Shown piece by piece: positions 20,047 to 28,302 of a stretch of 54,177 bases of DNA. Positions within the stretch are counted from its first letter, which is position 1, and each line of letters opens with the position of its first letter. The notes under the pieces are model-generated. The model was not told where the DNA came from. It ran no database searches and saw only the letters and a program-made list of their open reading frames with translations. The stretch covers positions 1-54,177 of the forward strand of contig JBBSGT010000005.1 of the NCBI GenBank assembly GCA_038253825.1. The letters run 5' to 3'. The position numbers and the translations under genes are program-made. Origin of the DNA: Candidatus Levyibacteriota bacterium (GTDB lineage: Bacteria; Patescibacteriota; Microgenomatia; Levybacterales; UBA12049).

Positions 20047-20430
20047 ATGTATGATAAACGTACGCTCTATACAAAAAAGCTTGTACTTATATTATTGCGA
20101 CTAAGTAGTGCCAGTGTCTTTATTTAGGCAGCAGATGCCGCGACCTTGCAGCCAGATACCCTAACTTTGCCACCAAACTTTTTTCCACTTCATAATGACC
20201 TCTTGTTCTTTTCTGCATTTCAGGTACTTTTGAGTATCTGGATCTTCAGGGGATTATAAATTTTTTGGGCCGCACTTCTGTCTGAAATTACCATACTGGG
20301 AGTTATTGGCGCAATTACCAACGACCTGGACGTCCTCTTTCGTGACTTTGCCATTTTCTTTGCTGCAATAGCCTTCACAGTAGCTGTATATCCGCAAAAA
20401 GCCAAACAGAAAGAAACGCACTTATTTCTA
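20047..20430 (+). pseudogene. DoxX-like membrane protein pseudogene
   Basis: ATG 20047: ..LLRLSSASVFI*AA..FQVLLSIWIFRGL*IFWAALLS..DLDVLFRDFAIFFAAIA; in-frame TAG 20125 and TAA 20257; 3' end approximate. Confidence 0.65.
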
Positions 20431-20433
20431 AAC

Positions 20434-20970
20434 CTATTTATCCTTCCAATACTTTTCATATTCAGCAAGTTCAGTAATAGTTTTTTTGTTTTTGACCTTA
20501 TCGATAAAAAATATGCCGTCTAAATGATCTATTTCATGTTGAAAAACTCGAGCATGAAAATCATACTGCAAATTATAGATAACCTCTTTTCCAAAACGAT
20601 CAATGCCGTTGACAATACATGTGATTGGACGAGGAACTAGTGCTCTGATGCCAGCAGATAAGTCTCCTTCCCAATCTTCTTTTTGCATTTTTGAACTCTT
20701 GATTACTAATGGATTAACAATAATTGTTAACGGAAAAGGATTCTTGTCAGGATATCGCGGATTTTTAGGATCGACGTGAATGACGATAACTCGTTTATTG
20801 ATTCCTACTTGGGGAGCGGCAATACCTGCACCATTACTCTGTAAACAAAGGGTAGCTAAATTATCCAAAAAAGTCTGAAATCGTTTCGTCTGCATTTCTC
20901 TTTGCTTAACAGCCACAGACTTTTTTCGAAGTAAAGGATGACCAAGACGAATTACTTGTAATTCTTTCAT
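20434..20970 (-). CDS. def: peptide deformylase (EGDLS variant)
   Basis: GAGIAAPQVG, EGDLS, QHEIDHLDG. Confidence 0.9.
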   Translation of the reverse strand: MKELQVIRLGHPLLRKKSVAVKQREMQTKRFQTFLDNLATLCLQSNGAGIAAPQVGINKRVIVIHVDPKNPRYPDKNPFPLTIIVNPLVIKSSKMQKEDWEGDLSAGIRALVPRPITCIVNGIDRFGKEVIYNLQYDFHARVFQHEIDHLDGIFFIDKVKNKKTITELAEYEKYWKDK

Positions 20971-21112
20971 ATTTTTATTTGCTCATTATATCAGTTTCCA
21001 CTGAGTTTATTAGTAAAATATTTACGTCGAAGATACCATATGAGTAAAACTAACCTTTTAGTGTCATCGAAAAACAACTAATCATGTAGCGAATAAGCGT
21101 AAATTAAATATT

Positions 21113-21130
21113 TCTTACGCACTTCTTATA
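21113..21130 (+). promoter_or_regulatory. TCTTAYR-N4-TCTTAYA direct repeat (putative operator)
   Basis: tcttacg-cact-tcttata upstream of ATG 21225. Confidence 0.45.
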
Positions 21131-21224
21131 CATTTATCATTCAGTATTGGTAGTTACTGTTTATACTGAGAATAAAGTTTTTTCCAATTATTTTTTCTCA
21201 GAGCTCCAAAAGAAAGGATAATGT

Positions 21225-21818
21225 ATGCAACCTAGCATGATTACCAATGGAGATTGGAAAGTGTTTCTGATACTTAGAGATGAAAAGTTACTTCTTGTCA
21301 AACGCAAACACCCATTTGTTGTTATCGTGCCGATTTTTATTATTAGTTGTTTAACGCTTTTCTTCATAGGCTGTGCCTATATTCTCTTTCAAGGATTTTT
21401 TGGTTCTCCCTCCCTCTTCTTTGTAACGCTTATGTTACTCGTTAGTGTTGCAATTAGTGTTATTACGAAATCAATTGTTGACTGGTATTTTCATATGTAT
21501 ATTTTGACCAATCGCAAAATTCTAGAACTACGGTATTCTCCCCTCACTTCGTATCTTGTTAATGACGTTATGCTTGATCGAGTAAGTTGCACAGAAATCG
21601 ATCTCCAGACAAATGGTTTTCTCAATGAGCTGATTGATATGGGAGATGTACTCATCACCTTTGATCGACCGACACATCAGGAAGAATTTATTTTAAAAGA
21701 CGTACAACGATCTCATGCACTTGCAAATTTTCTCACTCAACAACTGATGGATGGGAGACAACCAATACACGCAACCTATGAACCAATATGGTTTAAGCAG
21801 CACGCCAAGAGCACCTAA
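21225..21818 (+). CDS. two-TM membrane protein with bPH_2-like domain
   Basis: DE..L...RKHP, two TM helices, WY..YILTNRKI, MGDVLI; SD AAAGGA. Confidence 0.75.
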   Translation: MQPSMITNGDWKVFLILRDEKLLLVKRKHPFVVIVPIFIISCLTLFFIGCAYILFQGFFGSPSLFFVTLMLLVSVAISVITKSIVDWYFHMYILTNRKILELRYSPLTSYLVNDVMLDRVSCTEIDLQTNGFLNELIDMGDVLITFDRPTHQEEFILKDVQRSHALANFLTQQLMDGRQPIHATYEPIWFKQHAKST

Positions 21819-21829
21819 GAAAGGTATCT

Positions 21830-22063
21830 ATGTTACTTTTTACGGCGACAAATGTTAAATTGGTTATTCTTGTTTGCTATTTAGTAGTAATCGTTTTTAT
21901 TATATTTTTTAGTTGGCTTTACCTGACAAGAACTTTACGAGCAAGCAGGGAAATAGGAGTGCAGGCTCCGGGTTATATTAAAATTTTGGTACGAGTGAGT
22001 ATTATTAATGCAATTGCTACTGCTGTTCTCATCAGCTTCTTTTTACTTATGAATATCTATTGA
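21830..22063 (+). CDS. small two-TM membrane protein
   Basis: SD GAAAGG; TM-R.L...I-TM layout like 47842..48093. Confidence 0.65.
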   Translation: MLLFTATNVKLVILVCYLVVIVFIIFFSWLYLTRTLRASREIGVQAPGYIKILVRVSIINAIATAVLISFFLLMNIY

Positions 22064-22115
22064 GAGAATAAAGGGTGATGAAGCAACCAGGTCATTTTAA
22101 TTCCTACATTGATTA

Positions 22116-24497
22116 CTACAACCGCGCGCGTTGTGCCATCTCTGTTTCAATTGTCTGCACTGATTTCCCGTATTTCAACCGTGACAATTCTTTTATTAAT
22201 TCTGCAACTCTTGGATTTTCCCTCGCTTTTTCTTGTTCAATATCTTTGGTTGTATCCAACGAGAAGGGACGAACAGGCTCTCCGTTAACGATGGTTCGTA
22301 TATAGGTATTGAATTTATCAACATTGATCAGATCCTGCTCACTAAAGATTGGCTGAAATTCATGCTGGAGATAGGTTGCATCGGTTACACCGACACGGAA
22401 TGATGCAACAGTACCCACGTTACCGAAAATAGCGTTTTTAATTTCTTCATCCATCTGCCCAATAAATTGATTTGCAACTATCAAATTGAGACGATACTTT
22501 CGTGCCTCAGAAAGAATTTGTGCGAAATCAGGTGTGGCAAAATTCTGGAACTCATCAACATACAAAAAGAAATCTTTTCGTTGCTCCATCGGCATATCTT
22601 GTCGAGACATCGCAGCAACGAGAATTTTCGGCACGAGAACCAATCCTAAGAAATTTGAATTTTCTTCACCGATTGTTCCTTTGGATAAATTAATTAAAAG
22701 AATCTTTTGTTCATCCATAACTTTTCGGAAATTGAATGAACTATCTGATTGTCCAATGATGTTTCTAATCATCTTATTGGTAACGAATCGGCCGAATTTG
22801 GAAGTAATATAATCCAGTACTTCGGATTTATGGAAATCAGAGGTTTGTGCAATTTGATCAGTCCAGTAACGTCTAATAATAGGATCTTCTACTTTGGGTA
22901 AAATCTCTTGCACATAATTTTGGTCAGTCAAAACACGCATTACTTCAATCAACGTACTCCCCTTCTCATACATAACCGTCAGCATGGCATTACGAACAGC
23001 ATGTTCAAATCGCGGACCGACGATACCGGTTTTGTTTGGATCGAACAATTTATACATCAAACCGATCAGCGAATTCACAGCGAAATGTTTTTGTTGCTCA
23101 GTATCTGCTTCCAGCATGTTAAAACCCATCGGCCGGTCAGTGTCAGAAGGATCGAAAAGAACCACATCCTCAGCTCGATGTGGTGGAATTATCTTTAAGA
23201 TATCTTCGACCAAATCACCGTGAGGGTCAATAACCGCAACACCTTGACCATTATTAATATCCTGTGAAATCATCCCCTTAAGAAATTCAGATTTCCCGGT
23301 TCCGGTTTTTCCGATGATATAAAAGTGTCGCTGCCGATCAAATTTTTCAATAAAGACAGATTTGGCAATTCCTCGAAACGTACTTCTTCCCAAATATAAT
23401 CCGGTTGTCGGAATATTTGAAGGGGCAGCAGAACGTTTCGCGTTGAGCCAATGAATTCCCGGAGTTTGGATACTTTTGTTGGGGAAATGATAAATACTTG
23501 CCAGTTCTTCACTCGTTAAGACAGAAGTCTGTCTGATCATGGGAAAATATCGATAAATAAAATCCGTCATAAATAATCCCTTGAAGAATTGACTGCGTTT
23601 CTTAAATGAGTTCATGCCGCTAAATTGGCTGAAAGCTCCTTTAATATTGGAGAGATGCGCATTGGCTTCTTCTTGCGTCTTCGAACAAACAACGACGCGA
23701 ACGGTTGCGTTAAAACCCGGTTTGTTCAGTTTATTTTCAATTCCTTCCAACTCTTTCGCATCAGTTTTATAACTGGCCTTGTCAGGATTGGACTCGTTTT
23801 TCTTTACATTCCCGATATAACTCCTTCCGATTTTCTTCCAACTATTATCAGCCGGTTGGATAAGAATTTGAATAGCCGCACCTTCTCCTTCACGCATTTT
23901 TCCCAAAATAGAAGTTATGGAAGATAACGGATCAGTAGCGAGATCTTTATAGACTTTAATCGGCAAATGATTTGCGCCTTTTAAATTAAGCCACATATAT
24001 GCCACTTTCCCTTCATCAGAAAAAATATTGTATTCGGTTCCGATTACTGCGCCGTCACGTTGTTTGGCAGCAGGGTCATTGACTGGCAAAATATCTGCAT
24101 CAGGATATGCACCGTTAATTTCTTTTTCCACGAAGTCACGATATTTTGCAGGGACATTCACGTAAAATCTAATATCACCAGGCAACCCGACAATTTCAAA
24201 GGACATATGAGGTTGAGGTCGAAAATATTCAAACTTTGATGTGCCATGTAAAGCATATAGACTTGAAAATAATTGCTCCGCAGCGTCAATTTTCACTTCA
24301 TTTTCTCTGGGCACTGTTACTTGCAACAAAACAGAATTGAGGGACTCAGATTCACGATTACGGTAACGAAGCCATAAGAGAAATGCGGTAAAAACTGCCC
24401 AACAGATCCCTCCCAAAAGGAGTACTCCTGCAATAATAAGCATTATTGAGACAAGAAACGTCGTTAAATTGATAGCGGTTGAATCAGGTAGTTGCAT
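22116..24497 (-). CDS. VirD4/TraD-HerA-like (type IV coupling-type) ATPase
   Basis: N-terminal TM helix; GKTGTGKS, IDPHGDL, LYVDEFQNF, LSEARKY, IFGNVGT. Confidence 0.9.
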   Translation of the reverse strand: MQLPDSTAINLTTFLVSIMLIIAGVLLLGGICWAVFTAFLLWLRYRNRESESLNSVLLQVTVPRENEVKIDAAEQLFSSLYALHGTSKFEYFRPQPHMSFEIVGLPGDIRFYVNVPAKYRDFVEKEINGAYPDADILPVNDPAAKQRDGAVIGTEYNIFSDEGKVAYMWLNLKGANHLPIKVYKDLATDPLSSITSILGKMREGEGAAIQILIQPADNSWKKIGRSYIGNVKKNESNPDKASYKTDAKELEGIENKLNKPGFNATVRVVVCSKTQEEANAHLSNIKGAFSQFSGMNSFKKRSQFFKGLFMTDFIYRYFPMIRQTSVLTSEELASIYHFPNKSIQTPGIHWLNAKRSAAPSNIPTTGLYLGRSTFRGIAKSVFIEKFDRQRHFYIIGKTGTGKSEFLKGMISQDINNGQGVAVIDPHGDLVEDILKIIPPHRAEDVVLFDPSDTDRPMGFNMLEADTEQQKHFAVNSLIGLMYKLFDPNKTGIVGPRFEHAVRNAMLTVMYEKGSTLIEVMRVLTDQNYVQEILPKVEDPIIRRYWTDQIAQTSDFHKSEVLDYITSKFGRFVTNKMIRNIIGQSDSSFNFRKVMDEQKILLINLSKGTIGEENSNFLGLVLVPKILVAAMSRQDMPMEQRKDFFLYVDEFQNFATPDFAQILSEARKYRLNLIVANQFIGQMDEEIKNAIFGNVGTVASFRVGVTDATYLQHEFQPIFSEQDLINVDKFNTYIRTIVNGEPVRPFSLDTTKDIEQEKARENPRVAELIKELSRLKYGKSVQTIETEMAQRARL

Positions 24498-24498
24498 A

Positions 24499-25107
24499 TT
24501 AGTTTATTTGTTTTTTTGTTCCTAATGCCGGATTTACTTTTCTCCAGACATACATGATTGTTCCCATCAGCCAGTGCTTTGATGCTTTAAATTCTGTCTT
24601 TTTTTCTTCTACCGCTGCTTGTTGATACGTTATTGGAAGCGTTTTTATGCCAAAGGCATTGTCCTTAATTTTAAAGGTAGTATCAGGAATTATACCTGGT
24701 CCTGAGTGTGTTACACCCGCTTGTTTTACCACTTCGGCAATCACCGGTTTTTCCTGATCTCCTGATTTTTCAACAACATGTTCAATACTTGCTTCAATTT
24801 TAGGCTCAAGAATTGAGGGCTGCACTTCAATTTCTTGTACTTCCCCTCCTGCCTGTTGTTGGACACCTTGGTTATTGGTTTCCTGCGATGCTATTTGCAC
24901 TTCTTCATTGTCACCACTATTTTCCGAAACGATCACAGACGGCCCGGATTCTTTATTGACAGAAATTGCTGTTGGTGTCTGGATTTTTGGTTGGGGTGCA
25001 GCCACAGGTTGAGAAAGAGCACTATCATTCGTGACCGTTGCAGTCACTGGCGGTTGCGCTCGGTTCAAAGATTGATCATTTGGAGAAGGGTTGGCACTCG
25101 GATCCAT
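24499..25107 (-). CDS. hypothetical protein with low-complexity N-terminus
   Basis: Ends 1 nt before the ATPase ATG; TGC-TAAGAT 6 nt before its own ATG. Confidence 0.75.
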   Translation of the reverse strand: MDPSANPSPNDQSLNRAQPPVTATVTNDSALSQPVAAPQPKIQTPTAISVNKESGPSVIVSENSGDNEEVQIASQETNNQGVQQQAGGEVQEIEVQPSILEPKIEASIEHVVEKSGDQEKPVIAEVVKQAGVTHSGPGIIPDTTFKIKDNAFGIKTLPITYQQAAVEEKKTEFKASKHWLMGTIMYVWRKVNPALGTKKQIN

Positions 25108-25166
25108 ATTCTTATCTTAGCATGATAAGGCTAGGGAGGCAATGAAATAATCCTGACGAAATCCTT

Positions 25167-25496
25167 TTAATACTGAAGAAAAAGATGGGAAATTTTTTCA
25201 TTCTGGAGATGCGTTAATACAGGTTTCATACGGCCGATAAAGGCTGAAAGAGCCTTTGCAGTTACTGTTGTGACTTCTTTTACATACGTTTCTTTATGAA
25301 TATATTTTTTTATTTCTTCAGGATCCTCGGCGTTAAGAACTACTTTGGCTTGGATATGTTCAGGTAGGGTGTCATATATATTTGCCATTGCTTCCAAATG
25401 ATTCATCCGATCGAACTCTTCGATAAATTGTTCTTTGTCCGAATAATTAATAATAGAAAGAATTTCAAAAAGTAGCTCTTTATATGAAGGTTCCAT
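25167..25496 (-). CDS. hypothetical protein
   Basis: 109-aa ORF packed 4 nt behind the upstream gene. Confidence 0.65.
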   Translation of the reverse strand: MEPSYKELLFEILSIINYSDKEQFIEEFDRMNHLEAMANIYDTLPEHIQAKVVLNAEDPEEIKKYIHKETYVKEVTTVTAKALSAFIGRMKPVLTHLQNEKISHLFLQY

Positions 25497-25500
25497 AGAA

Positions 25501-25806
25501 TTAAGGTTTCGTTTTTCTATTAATAGCTTCTTTTATCGCACCAAAGAGCATTACAGGTGCTCCTACATATAAAGAAACTTTACCTGCAGCGATCATTTGT
25601 CCAATTGTAGCTGCAGCAAGAAAAGGTGCATAAGCATGACCTGCGAGCAATAGACCTGCCCCAGCTACAGTACCAAGAAATCCGAGTGTTTTTAATAACT
25701 TACTCGTTCCTATTGACTCTCGTCGATCTCCTACATACTCTGCAATACGTGCATTTACGAATGTCTCATGAAGTTTGTCTGCACCTGTTGGTGTTTCAAC
25801 TGCCAT
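25501..25806 (-). CDS. hypothetical two-TM protein
   Basis: TGT-TATACT 8 nt before ATG 25806; Gly/Ala-rich hydrophobic helices. Confidence 0.65.
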   Translation of the reverse strand: MAVETPTGADKLHETFVNARIAEYVGDRRESIGTSKLLKTLGFLGTVAGAGLLLAGHAYAPFLAAATIGQMIAAGKVSLYVGAPVMLFGAIKEAINRKTKP

Positions 25807-25829
25807 AGATGGGTAGTATAACACAAAAC

Positions 25830-25979
25830 TTATAGGATGTCACGGGGTTTCCATCCACACTCAGGACATGCAGTTATTTCACCTTTTTGGATTTGCAAAA
25901 CAGCCTTATCATTTGCTTTCCAACCACATTGTTTGCAAATGATCTTGTAGCAGATGTCACAAGATTCTTCCTTATTCAT
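25830..25979 (-). CDS. 49-aa triple-CxxC zinc-ribbon microprotein (not in ORF track)
   Basis: MNKEESCDICYKIICKQCGWKANDKAVLQIQKGEITACPECGWKPRDIL*; ATG 3 nt after the upstream stop. Confidence 0.8.
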   Translation of the reverse strand: MNKEESCDICYKIICKQCGWKANDKAVLQIQKGEITACPECGWKPRDIL

Positions 25980-25982
25980 AAA

Positions 25983-27392
25983 TTAACAATTTTTCCCTGC
26001 TCCACAATTAGGACAATTTGTTGTACCTTCACCAACTATGATAGCATGACCGCATTCGGTCCCCGTTCCTGGACAATGAAAATGAGCTTTTTTACCTTCA
26101 CAACGGCATAGCCCGGGATCATCTTTTGCATTTTCACCTGAATATGTTTTTTGAAGAGCTGCTTCAGCGACACTGAAAGGTGATGAGGGTCCTCCTGAAG
26201 GTAATTCAGAAGTTCCTCCAGAATCTCCGCATCCTGTTTCTACCAAACGGACTTTTTGTCGAGCAAGAGCGCTTTTATCAATAACAGGGGGGAACCAGGG
26301 ACGAACTTCCGGCATATCTGATGGAAAAGCTGCTACTCTTCCTACGGGAGCTTTTAAGAGTTCTTCAGATACGTTATCTCCATAATTCATCAAGATATCA
26401 AGCCGTTTTTTATGCTCAGCTATATTGTCTGGATCATTTGTGAGTGAATCGAGATAATCTTCCATCAACGGTCTACATGCCTGTCTTACCACTGCAAAGT
26501 TCTCCTTACTCATATGCTTATGGTCAACATGCATAAAGTCATGAATCGCATCTGGTGAAGATAATTTGGACCTCCGCTCTATCCTTATTGGCATGCCTAT
26601 AAACTCTGCATCAGTAAGGGCATCATCTCTATCATAACGAGGGTCTAGTAATTTGAGCCTCTGTTGTGATTCCCAGGCAGTCAAACCTGAAGTATAGCGA
26701 TAAGAGACAGCTTCCGTATCAGATACTTTTTGATGAACATCATAGAAGTTATTTTTGTAGATTGAAGCTTTGCTTCCAGGTGGAGAAACAAAAAACATCA
26801 TCGTTCCTATCGGCGTCTTAGGATCAGCGAGTACATCTTGAATATGTGCAAAACCATGTACTTCTGATTCTTCACGATCCCAATCAACAGGTTCGCCATG
26901 TTCGCGTCGATAATCCCGTCCCCGCTCAAGCATCCGAAGCAAAGATTCATCAGTTCCCTCAGCACGTAACTCTCCATCAACAATGCTATGAGTAAATCTA
27001 CTAATCCCTACGTGTAAACGTTCACCTAAATGTGTCTCTAATTGTATCTGCATATAGCTATCGAGATCTTTCTTGGCTTCAAAATACTCTTGCCTTCCCC
27101 TCTCTTGTGCTAATACGCGATACAAAACCGCATCTTGTTCTACCTCATATGCTTTTACTTTTTTCTCTTTTTTGCTTTCGTCAGCAACAAAAATATCTCT
27201 CGCTCGAGCTAATTTATCTCGCAAACTTTCTGTAGGAGGCCCATCTATAGGTGTCAGCATTCGAGGAAAAGTCGGCGAAGAAATCACATCAGGTTGAAGA
27301 GCGACATTTCCATCCGCAGGAAATGAAGCAATAGAAAAGGAATTTCTTCTTCTTTCTGAAATTGGTATGACCCTGCCTTGTTCTACACTCAT
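25983..27392 (-). CDS. uncharacterised soluble protein (469 aa) with Cys/His-rich C-terminus
   Basis: SD GAGGAG 5 nt before ATG 27392; no TM segment; TGCG, CRC, HFHCP, ECGH, CPNCG and a terminal Cys. Confidence 0.8.
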   Translation of the reverse strand: MSVEQGRVIPISERRRNSFSIASFPADGNVALQPDVISSPTFPRMLTPIDGPPTESLRDKLARARDIFVADESKKEKKVKAYEVEQDAVLYRVLAQERGRQEYFEAKKDLDSYMQIQLETHLGERLHVGISRFTHSIVDGELRAEGTDESLLRMLERGRDYRREHGEPVDWDREESEVHGFAHIQDVLADPKTPIGTMMFFVSPPGSKASIYKNNFYDVHQKVSDTEAVSYRYTSGLTAWESQQRLKLLDPRYDRDDALTDAEFIGMPIRIERRSKLSSPDAIHDFMHVDHKHMSKENFAVVRQACRPLMEDYLDSLTNDPDNIAEHKKRLDILMNYGDNVSEELLKAPVGRVAAFPSDMPEVRPWFPPVIDKSALARQKVRLVETGCGDSGGTSELPSGGPSSPFSVAEAALQKTYSGENAKDDPGLCRCEGKKAHFHCPGTGTECGHAIIVGEGTTNCPNCGAGKNC

Positions 27393-27418
27393 AAAAACTC
27401 CTCGCCATCCGAGGAGTT
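27393..27418 (-). terminator. terminator / SD-sequestering hairpin, expression platform of riboswitch 2
   Basis: AACTCCTCG-GATGG-CGAGGAGTT followed by T-run and ATG. Confidence 0.75.
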
Positions 27419-27429
27419 GTACCATATGT

Positions 27430-27525
27430 ACTTCTGCTCGGAAGATTTATAGGGATCTGACTTAGCCTATAAAGGCATCACAGTTACGGCATAGTGTCCG
27501 ATTCGCACGGACTTCACCCTCTTAT
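27430..27525 (-). ncRNA. cobalamin riboswitch 2 (compact form)
   Basis: AGAGGGTGAA-GTCCG-TGCGAAT-CGGAC-ACTATGCCGTAACTGTGATG..AAGTCAGATCCCT, then CTTC-CGAGCA-GAAG hairpin; boundaries approximate. Confidence 0.8.
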
Positions 27526-28070
27526 CGTTTTTTCCAGGTTATCTCTTTTTTCTTTTCAACAAAATTAGCATAGCGCGCCATTGTAAATAAGAGGTCAGAA
27601 AGTCGGTTGAGATACATAGGAATAGTTGCGTCTACCTGTTCCTTTTGCATGAGCTCGACTAATTGTCTTTCCGCTCGCCTGGCAATTGTCCGTGCCATAT
27701 GCAGAAATGATCCTGCCTTACCGCCACCAGGAAGAATGAAATTACGCAACTCCGGCATTTTCTTCGTTAAAGAATCTATCATTTTTTCAAAATCTTTAGG
27801 ACGATCCCCTAATCCTTCAATCGGCAGCGGTTGTGGAGTAGCCAAAGCAGAACCAATTGCAAATAAATCATGCTGAATTTGTTCTAACTCTTCTGTAATT
27901 TCTTTAATCTTTAATCTTGATTCTTTAATCTCCGCACTTGCTACACCAACCATACTATTGAGTTCATCGATAGTTCCATACGTCTCAACTCTTCTATCTG
28001 ATTTCAACACCCGAGTTCCATCGAAAAGTGAAGTTTTTCCTTTATCTCCCGTTCGGGTATAAATTGGCAT
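27522..28070 (-). CDS. pduO: PduO-type ATP:cob(I)alamin adenosyltransferase
   Basis: IYTRTGDKGKT, YGTIDELNS, FILPGG, RTIARRAER, YLNRLSDLLF. Confidence 0.95.
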   Translation of the reverse strand: MPIYTRTGDKGKTSLFDGTRVLKSDRRVETYGTIDELNSMVGVASAEIKESRLKIKEITEELEQIQHDLFAIGSALATPQPLPIEGLGDRPKDFEKMIDSLTKKMPELRNFILPGGGKAGSFLHMARTIARRAERQLVELMQKEQVDATIPMYLNRLSDLLFTMARYANFVEKKKEITWKKR

Positions 28071-28116
28071 AAGGCTAAGATTGCTTGTGTACTTTGAGGG
28101 CAGCAGATTCGCTCAT

Positions 28117-28143
28117 AAAAAAATCCTTCCGGGCAAGAAGGAT
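28117..28143 (-). terminator. intrinsic terminator, expression platform of riboswitch 1
   Basis: ATCCTTC-TTGCCCG-GAAGGAT plus T-run; upstream CCGAGCAGGAG can alternatively pair with TTCTTGCCCGG (antiterminator). Confidence 0.78.
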
Positions 28144-28149
28144 CTATGA

Positions 28150-28290
28150 AGACTCCTGCTCGGGATAAAACGTTTTCTGGCTTTATCCCACTTCGTCCTC
28201 GATTTTATCTCTGGACTCCGCGGGACCCGTCTAAGACGGACAGTTGCGGCACAGCCACGGACTTTCACCGTGATTTCCTATTAAATTGTA
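28150..28290 (-). ncRNA. cobalamin riboswitch 1 (extended form)
   Basis: AATAGGAAAT-CACGG-TGAAAGT-CCGTG-GCTGTGCCGCAACTGT..AAGCCAGAAAAC (B12 box), then TCC-CGAGCA-GGA hairpin; lies between nrdJ and pduO. Confidence 0.88.
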
Positions 28291-28302
28291 ATTCGAACTA
28301 GT

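Noticed and set aside
22116-24497. Integrative conjugative element
   Set aside because: No integrase, relaxase, VirB4 or att repeats; the flanks are ordinary chromosomal genes.
25167-25806. Including these two genes in the B12-controlled operon
   Set aside because: ATG 25806 has its own extended -10 (TGTTATACT) at leaderless spacing, so they are probably transcribed independently; read-through is not excluded.
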